From NCBI RefSeq assembly GCF_964355755.1, contig NC_092672.1:744001-808000 (forward strand): a stretch of DNA of 64,000 nucleotides. The letters are read 5' to 3'. How positions within the stretch are numbered: the stretch's first letter is position 1; every line of letters begins with the position of its first letter. A program made the translations under genes and the position numbers. This document shows, piece by piece, positions 1-11,905 of this stretch. This stretch comes from Antedon mediterranea. Lineage: Eukaryota > Animalia > Echinodermata. Under the pieces are notes generated by a model. It searched no databases. It was given only the letters and a program-made list of their open reading frames with translations, and was not told the DNA's origin.

Positions 1-1599
1 TCCAAGTTAGACCACATTAAGAAAATATCAAATGCTCTAAACGAGTATCTTGCTTTAAAAATAGATGATGCACCAACCAACGTATACATGAAAGTTAAAA
101 AATTCAACTCTGATAAAGAGTTTCAAGAATGCCTAGATAAATCTATTAAGATCAAAACAAGACCATGCCAATTTCATATAGCTTACCCAGCTGTAGCCTT
201 TCAAGATCATGCGTTTGAACTCCATATCCAGTCAATTTCAAACAGTGAAAGGTGTACAATCGGTGGTCTTCCAGTAAGAGCAAGAGTTAATTCTCCTTGC
301 TGTAGTGATCATAAGATCCTAGAACTAACTCCTAGGGATGAAAGGAATGGAAAATATGTGTTCAACTTTAAGCCAAAATCCACAGGCTTATATAAGTTTC
401 ACATTTATTTAGAGGACAATGTCGAGCCAGTAGACAATATTGATATTTTTGTTCACCTGGCCGAGTTTGTTTACAATCGACTCACTCCTTGTGATCAAAC
501 ATATCAATTACAAGTAAGTTTCAAGACTAAGATTGACCTTGATGTAATTCAGAACCTTGATGTGGCATGCAATGGTGAAGTCTGTGCTGCTGTGCAACCT
601 CAAGGGATAATCTATCAGCCTGATTTCATTGCTGAATTTCTACCAACCAAACTTGGTAAGATTAGGACATGTATCACCTCCAATGACATGAGAATAGCCG
701 GACCATTTACAACTTCTGTTTGTAAACAAATCATGTGGGAGCGTACCGCTAACATACCCGAAGAAGACGTAGTGACAGACCTTGCAGTGCACAAAGATGG
801 CCACGTCTATCTTGCAGTTACTACTCCATCAAATAGAAAGATCGTTTTGTTTAATTATGAGGAAGATCCAGTTGTTGCCAATACTGTAGTATCTTACCAA
901 AATGAAGGCATCTCAGCCTTATTTATTGCTTTTGATAACGATGCAAAACTGTTTGTCTTGAATGTAACCAATATCAAAGAAGATGCCGATACTGAAATTG
1001 ATACCAAAACGGAACTTCAAATTATTACTGCCAATGGTCAGCATTCATATATTTTAGAGTCACTAACAAGCCCTGGTGGGCTTGCTGTCAGTCCATCTGG
1101 ATCTATCATTGCCATTTCTGACAAAAAAGAACACAATATATGCTTATTCAATTTGCCAGAAGTCACAGACCACATGACTCCTTTCAAAGTATTAGGAGAG
1201 TATGGTAATGTTTGGGGCAAGTTTGTCAACCCAACAGGTCTACTTATAAAACGGGAAGAATGGTTGTTTATCTGCGACACTGACAATGGTCGGATACAGG
1301 AACTTGATATGAATGGTGATACAAAGCATGTGTATGGATCAGTACGTAGACTTCAACATCCGGAATCTGTCTGCTTTTCTTCAGAAGGTCACCTTCTTAT
1401 TTTGGATGGTGAAAAACTTGTTGCTATTGATGTTGACTCTCACTGCCGGAAAACAATCTGTGAAATTGAAATCAGCTGCAACGGCAGAAAGTGTGATTTC
1501 AATCACCAAATTTGCTGCCTTCCAGATTGCCAAGTATTGCGCATCTGCTGTGGGAATAATGACATGAACATTTTTAGATATGCTGTCTCACAACGTTAG
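1..1599 (+). CDS. TRIM-NHL-like protein, 3' portion (end of coiled coil, filamin/Ig-like domain, NHL beta-propeller)
   Basis: The frame is open from base 1 (SKLDHIKKISNALNEYL...), so the CDS starts upstream of the window. Filamin-like GKYVFNFKPKSTGLYKFHIY; NHL motifs LTSPGGLAVSPSGSIIAISD, GKFVNPTGL, FICDTDNGRIQ, LQHPESVCFSSEG. Stop TAG at 1597-1599; AATAAA at ~2128. Confidence 0.8.
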   Translation, partial: SKLDHIKKISNALNEYLALKIDDAPTNVYMKVKKFNSDKEFQECLDKSIKIKTRPCQFHIAYPAVAFQDHAFELHIQSISNSERCTIGGLPVRARVNSPCCSDHKILELTPRDERNGKYVFNFKPKSTGLYKFHIYLEDNVEPVDNIDIFVHLAEFVYNRLTPCDQTYQLQVSFKTKIDLDVIQNLDVACNGEVCAAVQPQGIIYQPDFIAEFLPTKLGKIRTCITSNDMRIAGPFTTSVCKQIMWERTANIPEEDVVTDLAVHKDGHVYLAVTTPSNRKIVLFNYEEDPVVANTVVSYQNEGISALFIAFDNDAKLFVLNVTNIKEDADTEIDTKTELQIITANGQHSYILESLTSPGGLAVSPSGSIIAISDKKEHNICLFNLPEVTDHMTPFKVLGEYGNVWGKFVNPTGLLIKREEWLFICDTDNGRIQELDMNGDTKHVYGSVRRLQHPESVCFSSEGHLLILDGEKLVAIDVDSHCRKTICEIEISCNGRKCDFNHQICCLPDCQVLRICCGNNDMNIFRYAVSQR

Positions 1600-2599
1600 G
1601 TGTTGGACAAGCTGAGTAAAGTAATTATGAATTACTGGACAATCCTAAAATGAATAGATAGAAGACATACATTACGACAGGAACAGTATAGAAACAGAAT
1701 GACTACACAGGAAGGGACCAGAGGAAGATACAAGATGAAAAAAAGGAAAGAGGGGATGCAGTGGCAGCACACAGCTGGTCCTTTCTATACATTTTGAAAC
1801 TTTGTTCCTGTTTTAAACATTAACAATTGGGAGTGGGAACAGGTCCTTGTTGGCCCTATAATCTACCTCTATTAGTACATTTTATTATTGTAGAAAGAAA
1901 CATTGTGTGTGCAAAACTAAGCTACAAATACTGCAGTTACCGCAAAAGTAGTATGCAAAATAACATTCCTTCAGTTGCAGCTTCTAGAATTACTGCAGTT
2001 ATGAAGAAATACTGAAAATATTGTTTAATGTTGTAAATACGCAAGATTTTAACATTTTGTAGAATTTGTAGTGTACTTTGTAGTAGAGTTTAATTGTGAT
2101 ATACATCCTACAGATACAATAATGTATAATAAATCAATTTTATATTCAATCAATTATAGTTTACATACATCTAAGATTTGTCAGTTTTGTTGTGCATTTA
2201 CAGTACATACTGGATAACCATTATGATAATTCTTTTTATATAATGACTACAAAATATGTAGGAAAAGGGAAAAGACAAATTCGTAGATAGTATTTAAGAC
2301 AGATATACATGTACAGAGACTTACATGGCTATTTTAATTTTGTTCTAATTTGTTTGGGTCTAAACAAAAACCCCGATTATAATTGTATCATGACTGTTTA
2401 ATTTATCCATAAGTTGATATTCTTGAACACATTCCAGTAATATAACTGGATTTAAAAAGTAGCAGTTCCTAATACAGTAGCTTCAACGGGAATGAAATTA
2501 AAGCGATGACAGTCTCAAGGATTCGCCGAAGTAAACTCATCTTTACTATCATTGCTGATTATAAAATATACTGTTAATCAGAAAAGAAACTGTATAATA

Positions 2600-3330
2600 A
2601 TAATGTTATAATATTATATCATTTATTTCGCCACATTTTAACACATTAAGACATAAAAATAGTACAAAGGTAAATCAATGAGACAGGATCACCTAAAAGT
2701 TATAAATAAAAATAACTGTCGAGAAATACTTGCATACAATGAATTAATTACAGAAAAACCTTAACATTTTGCAACATATTTAAATTATTAATGTACATAG
2801 AGGCTCTAAGAGTATCATCAGCATAATTGTGATTCAATGCAGGAGGCAGATCAGATACAAAGAGATTAAAGAGGATTGGACCAATCACTGATCCATGAGG
2901 ACCCGGGATTTAACCAATATACAGTAAATGTAACATTTTCAGACCTACAAGATAGATATGATTTAAACCAGTCCAGCATTAAATCACAGATACCAAAATT
3001 ATGTAATTTATTTAACAGAAGGCTTTTCTCCAATCGAGAAAAAAAATCGCATCGATATGTGGCGGAGAGCGTTCATCAAATAAATCAAATCAATATAGAT
3101 CAATCAGTTATTACATCAGTAAGTAATAAACACAACTTAGTATTACATTCTTAATATACATATTATTGAACATACAAAATGTTAATCAAAATAGAATGGT
3201 TTGGCAACAAAATCCCAATTTCTCACCTCGCATAGGCCTATCTGAGGTTTTTCTGATGTTGGTGATTGCTACAGCACACAGAAAGATGCCATTTAAATAA
3301 ATCTAACCAATCAAAATTGAATATTCATCA
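2600..3330 (-). mobile_element. Degraded CR1/L2-group LINE reverse transcriptase remnant
   Basis: The minus strand at ~2805-3000 reads FGICDLMLDWFKSYLS and GPHGSVIGPILFNLFVSDLPPALNHNYADDTL, matching the GVPQGS...YADD motifs of non-LTR RTs. Boundaries are approximate. Confidence 0.75.
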
Positions 3331-4406
3331 AACCGTTTCTATTTTCTAACACAATGTAAATTGTTCGTCTACAATATAAAATAAACAACACAATGCAGAT
3401 GGGTATATTTATTACAAAAGTTAAAGTTACACACAGAACCTATTTTATATAAGTAGAAGCATATTGGTACATAACAAAATGGCTGATTTATTTTACATTA
3501 AACTAAAAACTTATTATGTTTGCGCTGTATAATCCCATAAAACTATGGAATCTAGTGAAAAAGAGGTTTATAGTTGGATTGCATTAACCATAGATTTACC
3601 ACAGTCATGTGTCCGAATTTAGCCTATATGAGGTGGGATTATATTTTAGCATGGGATACTAGGTCAGAGTACAGGACTAGAGTAATATTTTTATTTTGGT
3701 TTTCAGATTTAGCAGCAATCCGATTACAGAGCATATTTTCCAAAGGTTTTTTTTTTTCGTACACGAAAAAGAGTACCGTACTATTAAACGATCGTACTAT
3801 TTCACGCAATGTGACCCACAATCGTCCAATCAAATGATAGGAATTTATTTAGGTGTTATATAAAAGTAATATTACGTATAAATTAACAAAAATGAACTGA
3901 CTGACTAATCCTACTAGAAGACGCACTTTCATCTCAATTCTACCACTCCGTAAACATGAGGCCTTTGCAACAACATTTTTAACCCATCATTGTAGCATAC
4001 CCAAAAAGATCGCAAGGTACCTTAATGTACATACCACAATACTATTTACATATTCCGCATCAACAGAACACATGACCAATGAGACTGTTGGCTCCGATAC
4101 AAAAAGATATGTATTGCTTTATATCCAACTAAATCCAAGGAGATAAAAACATGAACAATATACATGGCTGAATCGACATCTAAGTTTTGTTCGGGGCTTT
4201 GTCATTAATAATAATTATTGGTTTTAATTAAATCCTATGTGACCTATTCTGAAATTTCGATCGACTTTACAAACAATTTATCATCTTCATTTAGTATGTA
4301 TTATAGTATAATGGTAGTATCATTTATACAGAATTCACTTTTATCTACAGTTCTGCCACTGAAATAAATGTTGGCACGGTCAAACCACTGAGTGATATTG
4401 ATAAAT

Positions 4407-5714
4407 TTACTTTATTGATAATTCAATTATTCTTTTTGAACACTCTTCTGCCATGTGACTTATTACATAAGCTGATAGTTTGCAATTACATATTTTTAGT
4501 TCCCTCAGCTCAGGAGACAAAATCAATAAAGAACTCAGTAAAGTACTATCAATGTTGCTGAAATCATTATCATTGATATAGAGTCGTCTTAATGTTAATT
4601 GAACACCTCTAATTGCACACTCTATGATCATGTGATTTATTACATCCCCTGATAGATTGCAATTGTTCATTAAAAGCTGATCCAGACTAGGAGCCATACT
4701 AAATAAAGAACACAGTAAAGCAGCATCAATGTTTCTGAGGTTATTATCGCTGATATCAAGCAATGATAATGCTAATTGTACTCCTGTGTTCGAACACCCT
4801 TTAATCATTTGATTCACTACGTCACCTGAAAGATTGCAGTTATGCATATCAAGCTGCCACATCTCAGGAGATATAATTAATAAGGAACTCAGTAAAGTAC
4901 CATCAATGTTTCTGAGGTTATTATCGCTGATATCAAGCAATGATAATGCTAATTGTACTCCTGTATTCGAACACCCTTTAATCATTTGATTCACTACGTC
5001 ACCTGAAAGATTGCAGTTATGCATATCAAGCTGCCGCATCTTAGGAGATATAATTAATAAGGAACTCAGTAAAGTAATGTTACCGAGATTGTTACAACTG
5101 ATGTTAAGCGATTGTATTGCCAATTGTACTCTTCTTTGTGACCACTCTCGGATTATCCGATTCATCACATCACTTGATAGATTACAATTACTCATGTAAA
5201 GGGAATCCAGTTCAGTAAGCAACAAAGAAACCAGTAAAGTATAATCAATGTTACATAGATTATTACCACTGATATTAAGTAATGCCAATTCTATTTGAAC
5301 TCTCTCTTTTAAACACCCTCTAATCATGTCATTCAGTATGTCACCCGATAGATTGCAATTGCTCATGTCAAAACTCCATTGCCTAGGAGACATAATCAAT
5401 AAGGAAGAGAGTAAAGTACCATCAATTTTGCTGAGATTATTTCCACTGATGTGGAGCCAAGATAATGCTAATTTAACTCCTTGACGTGAACACTGTTTAA
5501 TCATGTCATTCATTATGTCACCTGATAGATTGCATTTATCCATGTGAAGTGAGCTCAGGTTAGGAGAAAGCAACATAAAAGAACCTAGTAAAGTACCATC
5601 AATGTTGCTGAGATTATTATCATTAATAGCAATTAACAATAATGAAGGTAATTGAACTACTCTGTTTAAACACTCTCTCATAATCTTATTCATTACCTCA
5701 GTATACAACAACAT
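4407..5714 (-). CDS. Distal LRR region of the NLR-like gene (~59-aa units of two alternating LRRs)
   Basis: Repeated LxxLxISxNNLxNIDxTLL and LxMxNCNLSGDVxN motifs, uninterrupted by introns. Confidence 0.85.
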   Translation of the reverse strand: MLLYTEVMNKIMRECLNRVVQLPSLLLIAINDNNLSNIDGTLLGSFMLLSPNLSSLHMDKCNLSGDIMNDMIKQCSRQGVKLALSWLHISGNNLSKIDGTLLSSLLIMSPRQWSFDMSNCNLSGDILNDMIRGCLKERVQIELALLNISGNNLCNIDYTLLVSLLLTELDSLYMSNCNLSSDVMNRIIREWSQRRVQLAIQSLNISCNNLGNITLLSSLLIISPKMRQLDMHNCNLSGDVVNQMIKGCSNTGVQLALSLLDISDNNLRNIDGTLLSSLLIISPEMWQLDMHNCNLSGDVVNQMIKGCSNTGVQLALSLLDISDNNLRNIDAALLCSLFSMAPSLDQLLMNNCNLSGDVINHMIIECAIRGVQLTLRRLYINDNDFSNIDSTLLSSLLILSPELRELKICNCKLSAYVISHMAEECSKRIIELSIK

Positions 5715-5950
5715 TTATTCAATATTCAATATTTTACAAAGTTTATGGTTAAGATACACAGAAGCCAAAGTGGCTTGTCTTTGTAGTCCTAAGCATAAAC
5801 ATAAAACATATTATACGGACGCATTACATTAACAAAAAATGACATTTTGAGACAGACAAAAAAACACAAACACAACAAAGTGATATTAAGCTAAATGTTT
5901 ACAACCCTAATTTTGCAGTAGCAATAGTAGCTAGCAATATGTTTCAAATA

Positions 5951-6835
5951 TCATCTTTTTAATATTGTACTTGTACTGTAATTAGACATGTTAAGATTCG
6001 TTAGCTTCAGACACATACTCAGTAAAGTACCCAGCAAAGTGCCATCAATGTTTCCAAAATCATTACCATTGAAACTGAGTAGATCTAATGCTAATTGACA
6101 TCCTTTGTTTAAAAACTCTACGATCATACGATTCATTATATCGCCTGATAGATTACATTTACACATTCTAAGATCATTTTGCTTAAGAAACATACTTAGT
6201 AAAGAACCAAGTAAACTACCATCAATGTTCCCGAGATTATTATTATAGAAATTTAATTTTTCTATTGATAATTGAACTCCCCTATTTGAACACTCTATGA
6301 TCATTTGATTTATTACATCATCAGATAAATTCTCAATACAAACATAATTGCATTTAGCATCGATACCTAAAATGTGAGCAATAACTCTTCCCTTGCACTT
6401 TAACGCCATCCTACTACAAAAAGTATTCAAACTACTGGCATCATATTCCATACAATGAAGTTGATGGATTAGATGTATGAAATGCCCATCGCATTGTACA
6501 TCTGGATTAATCTGATGGATACACATTCTTATAGAGGTACATATATCACCCATATGCTGTTTTATTTCTAAATCTTTGCTGGTCATGTGATTAATTAATG
6601 CATCTACCACAACATCTTCATGTTGTTTTTTAACTGCCTTTTTAAAGAAAGTAATTAGGGAGCGATAAGTAGATAAATGATTTGTAATCCAATGCTTTAA
6701 AAATTTATCAGCTTGATTATAACCAAGAAAACCAATTGCAAATTCTCTCGCTATTTTTATATTCTCACTTTCCGTTATTATTTCCAATTCATTATCATCC
6801 AATGGTGTAAGTAATCGTCGTGGACTTGATAACAT
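5951..6835 (-). CDS. Post-NACHT helical region and first LRRs of the NLR-like gene
   Basis: AREFAIGFLG...HQLHCMEY followed by LRR units of the same type as 4407-5714; the ORF ends inside the insert. Confidence 0.75.
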   Translation of the reverse strand: MLSSPRRLLTPLDDNELEIITESENIKIAREFAIGFLGYNQADKFLKHWITNHLSTYRSLITFFKKAVKKQHEDVVVDALINHMTSKDLEIKQHMGDICTSIRMCIHQINPDVQCDGHFIHLIHQLHCMEYDASSLNTFCSRMALKCKGRVIAHILGIDAKCNYVCIENLSDDVINQMIIECSNRGVQLSIEKLNFYNNNLGNIDGSLLGSLLSMFLKQNDLRMCKCNLSGDIMNRMIVEFLNKGCQLALDLLSFNGNDFGNIDGTLLGTLLSMCLKLTNLNMSNYSTSTILKR

Positions 6836-8422
6836 CTATTACTTCTTTTAATGTTGTTGGTTTGCTGATAATTTGTGTATTGTTTTCACTTTTCTCGAGT
6901 AGTTCCATATCGGTAAACATCTTCGAAATATCAATTTTGTATCTATCATTCATTATTGCTGGTGTAAATGTATGGTCACGACTGCAGAGTTTTTTTTGTC
7001 TTTGAAGCAGATATTTTTCTATTTTTTCTAAATAAAAAGAAGTATATCTTATAAAAGTCAAATTGCACTGTATAAAATTCTGATTTGAAATTCTAAGTGC
7101 ATTGAGAAATCTACTTTCCTAATGGCCGTGGTAAAGATGGAGTGGTATGACAAACATTTCTTGATTTATTTACATTAACTACCTACTGTACTAGTATATC
7201 ATTAAATCTAACAATAGTTCTGTCCTGTCAATATCTTTAATTTTGGTAATGTTGTTTTCTTTGTTGTATACACGGTTATTGTAGTTTATACAGTATAATC
7301 TAAAAATAACAATCAAAGACACAGATTATAAAGACAAATAGAGAACCTGTCTTAATCACTTATTAAATTAATCACCTGTTTCTGATTTAACATCTTTTCG
7401 CATTCCTTGGTCTCTGTTACTGGTGGTTGGCACATCCTCGGTTCCTTATAAATAATAACAGGAAAAAAATCTCAATTTACAATCACAGTTTACCGTGCTT
7501 GTTTTATCCATTGTGAAATCATGTACGGTCTAAAATTCTTTTCATACATGTCTTTGAAATAATCCCAATTCATACTGTACTAAATGAGCTTTTGCATTAA
7601 TTAATTCGTAAAACGTGACAAAACAACGTATCGATGTAAAAATTGCCGTAATCATTATCAACGTATTTTTCGGCTACAGTGCAGTACCTAATTTCTGTAA
7701 AATTCCAAGCTATTTTTTTTTGGCTTTTGTATTTCGACTCACAGTTTATAATCTGCATCAACTATTGATGGTAGTGAAGACTGACCCGGCTTAGACAAGT
7801 TGTTTTCAGCACAGGATGCAGATATCAACAGCAATAAAGTAAAGCTAGCAAATCATAAATATGCCTTTTGAAACACACGATTTTCAAGAAGCATCAGTGT
7901 GTTATTTAAATATACAATGGGAACCGAAAATCGCGTTCTGTCTTGAGTAGGCCTATGTCAATGATTACTTATCTTTTACTTAACTTAAAAACAAGGATAC
8001 GTAATTGGTAGATATCATCTTACGTTTTTTTTTATAAGAACCACCAAGCTAAATGGTTAACCCAACCCAACTCATTTTTAACTTCTTATAGTTGTGTTTA
8101 TAGATACACATTATGTTAAAATAACTGAAATACAGCTTACCTTTGTCTAATTTAATACGTTTCTGTAATCTGGTGTGTTCAGTTTGTGTAGCGGACTCGG
8201 ACTCCTCTGTTAAAATAATCAATAGAAAATATTACAATAATATAGGCCTATATCATTCATCTCATCTCACGTTATTAAAATGTTATTATAGTAGGCATGT
8301 TAAGGTGCATATTTTAGGCAAATCCTTCAAATTGTGATAATATTTTGAAACTTTGCACAGTTATTCATTAGGGTGTCAAAAACATGAAATGGAAGGGTTG
8401 CACAAAATTTGGTCAGGGGAAA

Positions 8423-9055
8423 GCCGCCATTTTGGATTTCAAAATGGCGGACCCTAAATTTTCACTTTTCAGGTATATCTCTGCTAAAAAGGCACCTAGA
8501 GTTCTGATTTTAGGTGCAAATTATATGGTAGTGGGGTCACCAAACATATTGGTATAACTAACATTTTGATTGCATGGCGGCCATGTTTGATTTCAAAATG
8601 GCGGACCCCAAATTTTCACTTTTCAGGTATATCTCTGCTAAAAAGGCACCTAGAGTTCTGATTTTAGGTGCAAATTATATGGTAGTGGGGTCACCAAACA
8701 TATTGGTATAACTAACATTTTGATTGCATGGCGGCCATGTTTGATTTCAAAATGGCGGACCCCAAATTTTCACTTTTCAGGTATATCTCTGCTAAAAAGG
8801 CACCTAGAGTTCTGATTTTAGGTGCAAATTATATAGTAATGGGGTCACCAAACATATTGGTATAACTAACATTTTGATTGCATGGCGGCCATGTTGGATT
8901 TCAAAATGGCGGACTTCAAATTTTCACTTTTCAGGTATATCTCTGCTAAAAAGCCACCTAGAGTTCTGATTTTAGGTGCAAATTATATGGTAATGGGTCA
9001 CCAAACATATTGGTATAACGTCTTTGATTGCATTGCCGCCGGCGGCCATTTTGAA
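8423..9055 (+). repeat. Subterminal tandem array, 154-bp unit x4 (left arm)
   Basis: Units start at ~8423, 8577, 8731 and 8885; each begins with the inverted pair GCCATTTTGGATTTCAAAATGGC. Confidence 0.9.
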
Positions 9056-9258
9056 CGTAGCTCAAACTGTACTGGCTTTACACTATTTGTTTATGTTTAT
9101 AGTTACATGCATTTAACATGGATACTTATTGTAGGTCACATTTTCCCTGGCAACCACACAGCTCTGTACATCGTAAATCACTCTTTCTGCATTTACAGCG
9201 TCCAAGATCACAGTCGGTGTGTCCACAGCGAATTAAAACCTTTGTGACATCCGAGAGT

Positions 9259-9574
9259 GTGGAGCACTGTGGCGCAGTGGTTAGAGCATTGGACTTGCAA
9301 TCAAGAGGTTGCTGGTTCAAGCCCGGTCGGTCACTGCAGTGTTGAGTCCTTAAGCAAGATTCTTTATCCACATTGTTTCTCCCCACCCAGATGATAGAAA
9401 TGGGTACCGGTATGTAAAAAGTACTGGGAAGGTAAATCAGACTCGTTTGTGCGGGAGGAGTGGCGTACCCCCACAAACATACACACTTAGTGGAGTCTGG
9501 CTCAAACGCTAAAGAAATGGAGATGGGCACCACAGCCATTATCATTTAGCTTAGGTCTCGACACTTTACCTTAC
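9259..9574 (+). mobile_element. tRNA-derived SINE nested in the transposon
   Basis: Pol III A box TGGCGCAGTGG, B box GGTTCAAGCCC, CORE-like body (GTCCTTAAGCAAGATTCTTTA...AAATGGGTACC) and ACTTTACCTTAC tail; absent from the opposite arm. Confidence 0.85.
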
Positions 9575-11144
9575 AGACAATGACATCCTATCGAAAACTG
9601 AAGTCATTCATGGCATCTTTTTCCAAGTCTTGTTAAATGTAGCTTTACCTTTTCCTTGAACAGATGAAGTTGTATCACATTCACAACCGCTAAAGGAATG
9701 AAAGAACAAGTAAGCGGCTGATGCTTGTGGTCCAAGAGAAGAAACAATCTCGTGTATTGGGATGTGCTTCCCCACTCCAAACTCGATCCAAAGCTCGTGG
9801 ATCCTAGGTATTCTGTGGAAAGCTGACAATGCAATAACAATAACATCACTGTCTACAGTCTTGACAAGAATGCGCGGAAAAATTTCAGCGGCATGTTTAA
9901 CATGAACAAACATACATTCATCTGCCTCTATGTTACATGGCATCAGCAGTTGTATATTTACAGTCTGGTTTGTTGCAGCTCTGTCTCCTAGAGACCCTAC
10001 AAACATTCCGTGATTTGTGTCAACTTCGATCAGTGACACGACTAGATTTGTTTTTCGATAGATACTTTAATGACAGTTTAAAGTCTGGTATGCGTTCCAA
10101 CCGCGTTTCTGGTGTAAGGAGGGTCGTTAAAGCCAGCGGGAGCATGCCCAACAATTGGACCACATTTTTTAGATTTGATGACAACAAATCAGAGTTGTTT
10201 TCATTTATTGTAACTGAAGTAGTAGAGAACATTGGCACAAATCACGGAATGTTTGTAGGGTCTTTGGGAGACAGAGCTGTAACAAACCAGTAAATATACA
10301 ATCGCTGATGCCATGTAACATAGAAGAGGCAGATGAACGTATGTTTGTTCACGTTAAACTTGCCGCTGAAATTTTCCACGCATTGTCAAGACTGTACACA
10401 GTGTTGTCAGCTTTCCACAGAATACCTGGCATCCACGAGCTTCTGATTGAGTTTGGAGTGGGGAAGCACTTGAAGTACATCCCAATACACGAGATTGCTT
10501 CTTCTCTTGGATCACAAGCATCAGCCGCTTACTTGTTCTTTCATACCATTAGCGGTTGTGATAGAACTTCATCTGTTTAAGGAAAAGGTAAAGCTACATT
10601 TAACGAGAAAAAGATGCCATGTAGGACTCCAGTTTTTGAGAGGATGTCATTGTCTGTAGGGCATGTTAGTGAAACAGACACAGATTATCTAGAACAGTTT
10701 GTTGTAACTATGTCTACTGCAGAACATTTAATGATGCAATACGATATCTTTTTACAACAAGAGAAAGACTATTGAAAATATCCCCCAACATCTGCGGCAT
10801 TAAGAGAACATGTGAAATGGAAACCAGGAAGTGGTACGACTGTCTAGATGCATTCAGGGTTGAACAGGACCTAGCGAACTGGGGATAGAGGAAGGACGGC
10901 AACAAATTTAGTCCAGCTTGGAGTTCATATCTTGGAGAACTTTCAGATGTCACAAAGGTTTTAATTCGCTTTGGACACACCGACTGTGATCTTGGATGCT
11001 GTAAATGCAGAAAGAGTGATTTACGATGTACAGAGCTGTGTGGTTGCCAGGGAAAATGTGACCTACAATAAGTGTCCGTGTTAAATGCATGTAATTATGA
11101 ACATAAACAAATAGTGTAAAGCCAGTACGGGTTGAGCTACATTC

Positions 11145-11905
11145 AAAATGGCCGCCATGCAATCAATGACGTTATACTAATATGTTTGTTGACCTCAATA
11201 CTATATTATACTTTGTACCTAAAATTATAACTGTAGGTACCGTACTGAAACATTTTGAGTTCGCCATTTTGAAATTCAAAATGACCGCCATGCAATAAAA
11301 ATGTCAGTTAAATACCAATATGTTTGGTTACCTATTACCATATAATTGGCACCTAAAATCAGAACTCTGTGTACCTTTTTAGCAGAGATACCTGAAAAGT
11401 GAAAATTTAAAGTCCGCCATTTTGAAATCCAAAATGGCCGCCGTGCAATCAAAATGTTAGTTATACCAATATGTTTGGTGACCCCATTAACATATAATTT
11501 GCACCTAAAATCAGAACTCTAGGTGCCTTTTTAGCAGAGATATACCTGAAAAATGGAAATTTGAAATCCGCCATTTTGAAATCCAACATGGCCGCCATGG
11601 AATCAAAATGTTAGTTATACCAGTATGTTTGGTGACCCCATTACCATATAATTTGCACCTAAAATCAGAACTCTAGGTGCCTCTTTAGCAGAGAAATACC
11701 TAAAAAGTGAAAATTTGAAGTCCGCCATTTTGAAATCCAAAATGGCCGCCATGCAATTAAAATGTTAGTTATACCAATATGTTGGGTGACCCCATTACCA
11801 TATAATTTGCACCTAAATTCAGAACTCTAGGTGCCTATTTAGCAGAGATATACCTGAAAAGTGAACAATTTGGGTCCGCCATTTTGAAATCCAAAATGGC
11901 GGCTT
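11145..11905 (-). repeat. Subterminal tandem array, 154-bp unit x5 (right arm; innermost unit shorter and degenerate)
   Basis: Reverse complement of the 8423-9055 unit; AAAATGGCCGCC-like motif at ~11147, 11278, 11431, 11586, 11740 and 11894. Confidence 0.9.

Noticed and set aside
9261-9335. tRNA gene
   Set aside because: The stems pair poorly and it continues into a SINE body and tail.
9126-9545. 139-aa ORF ending in a Cys8 finger
   Set aside because: Chance fusion of antisense SINE to the transposase C-terminal remnant.
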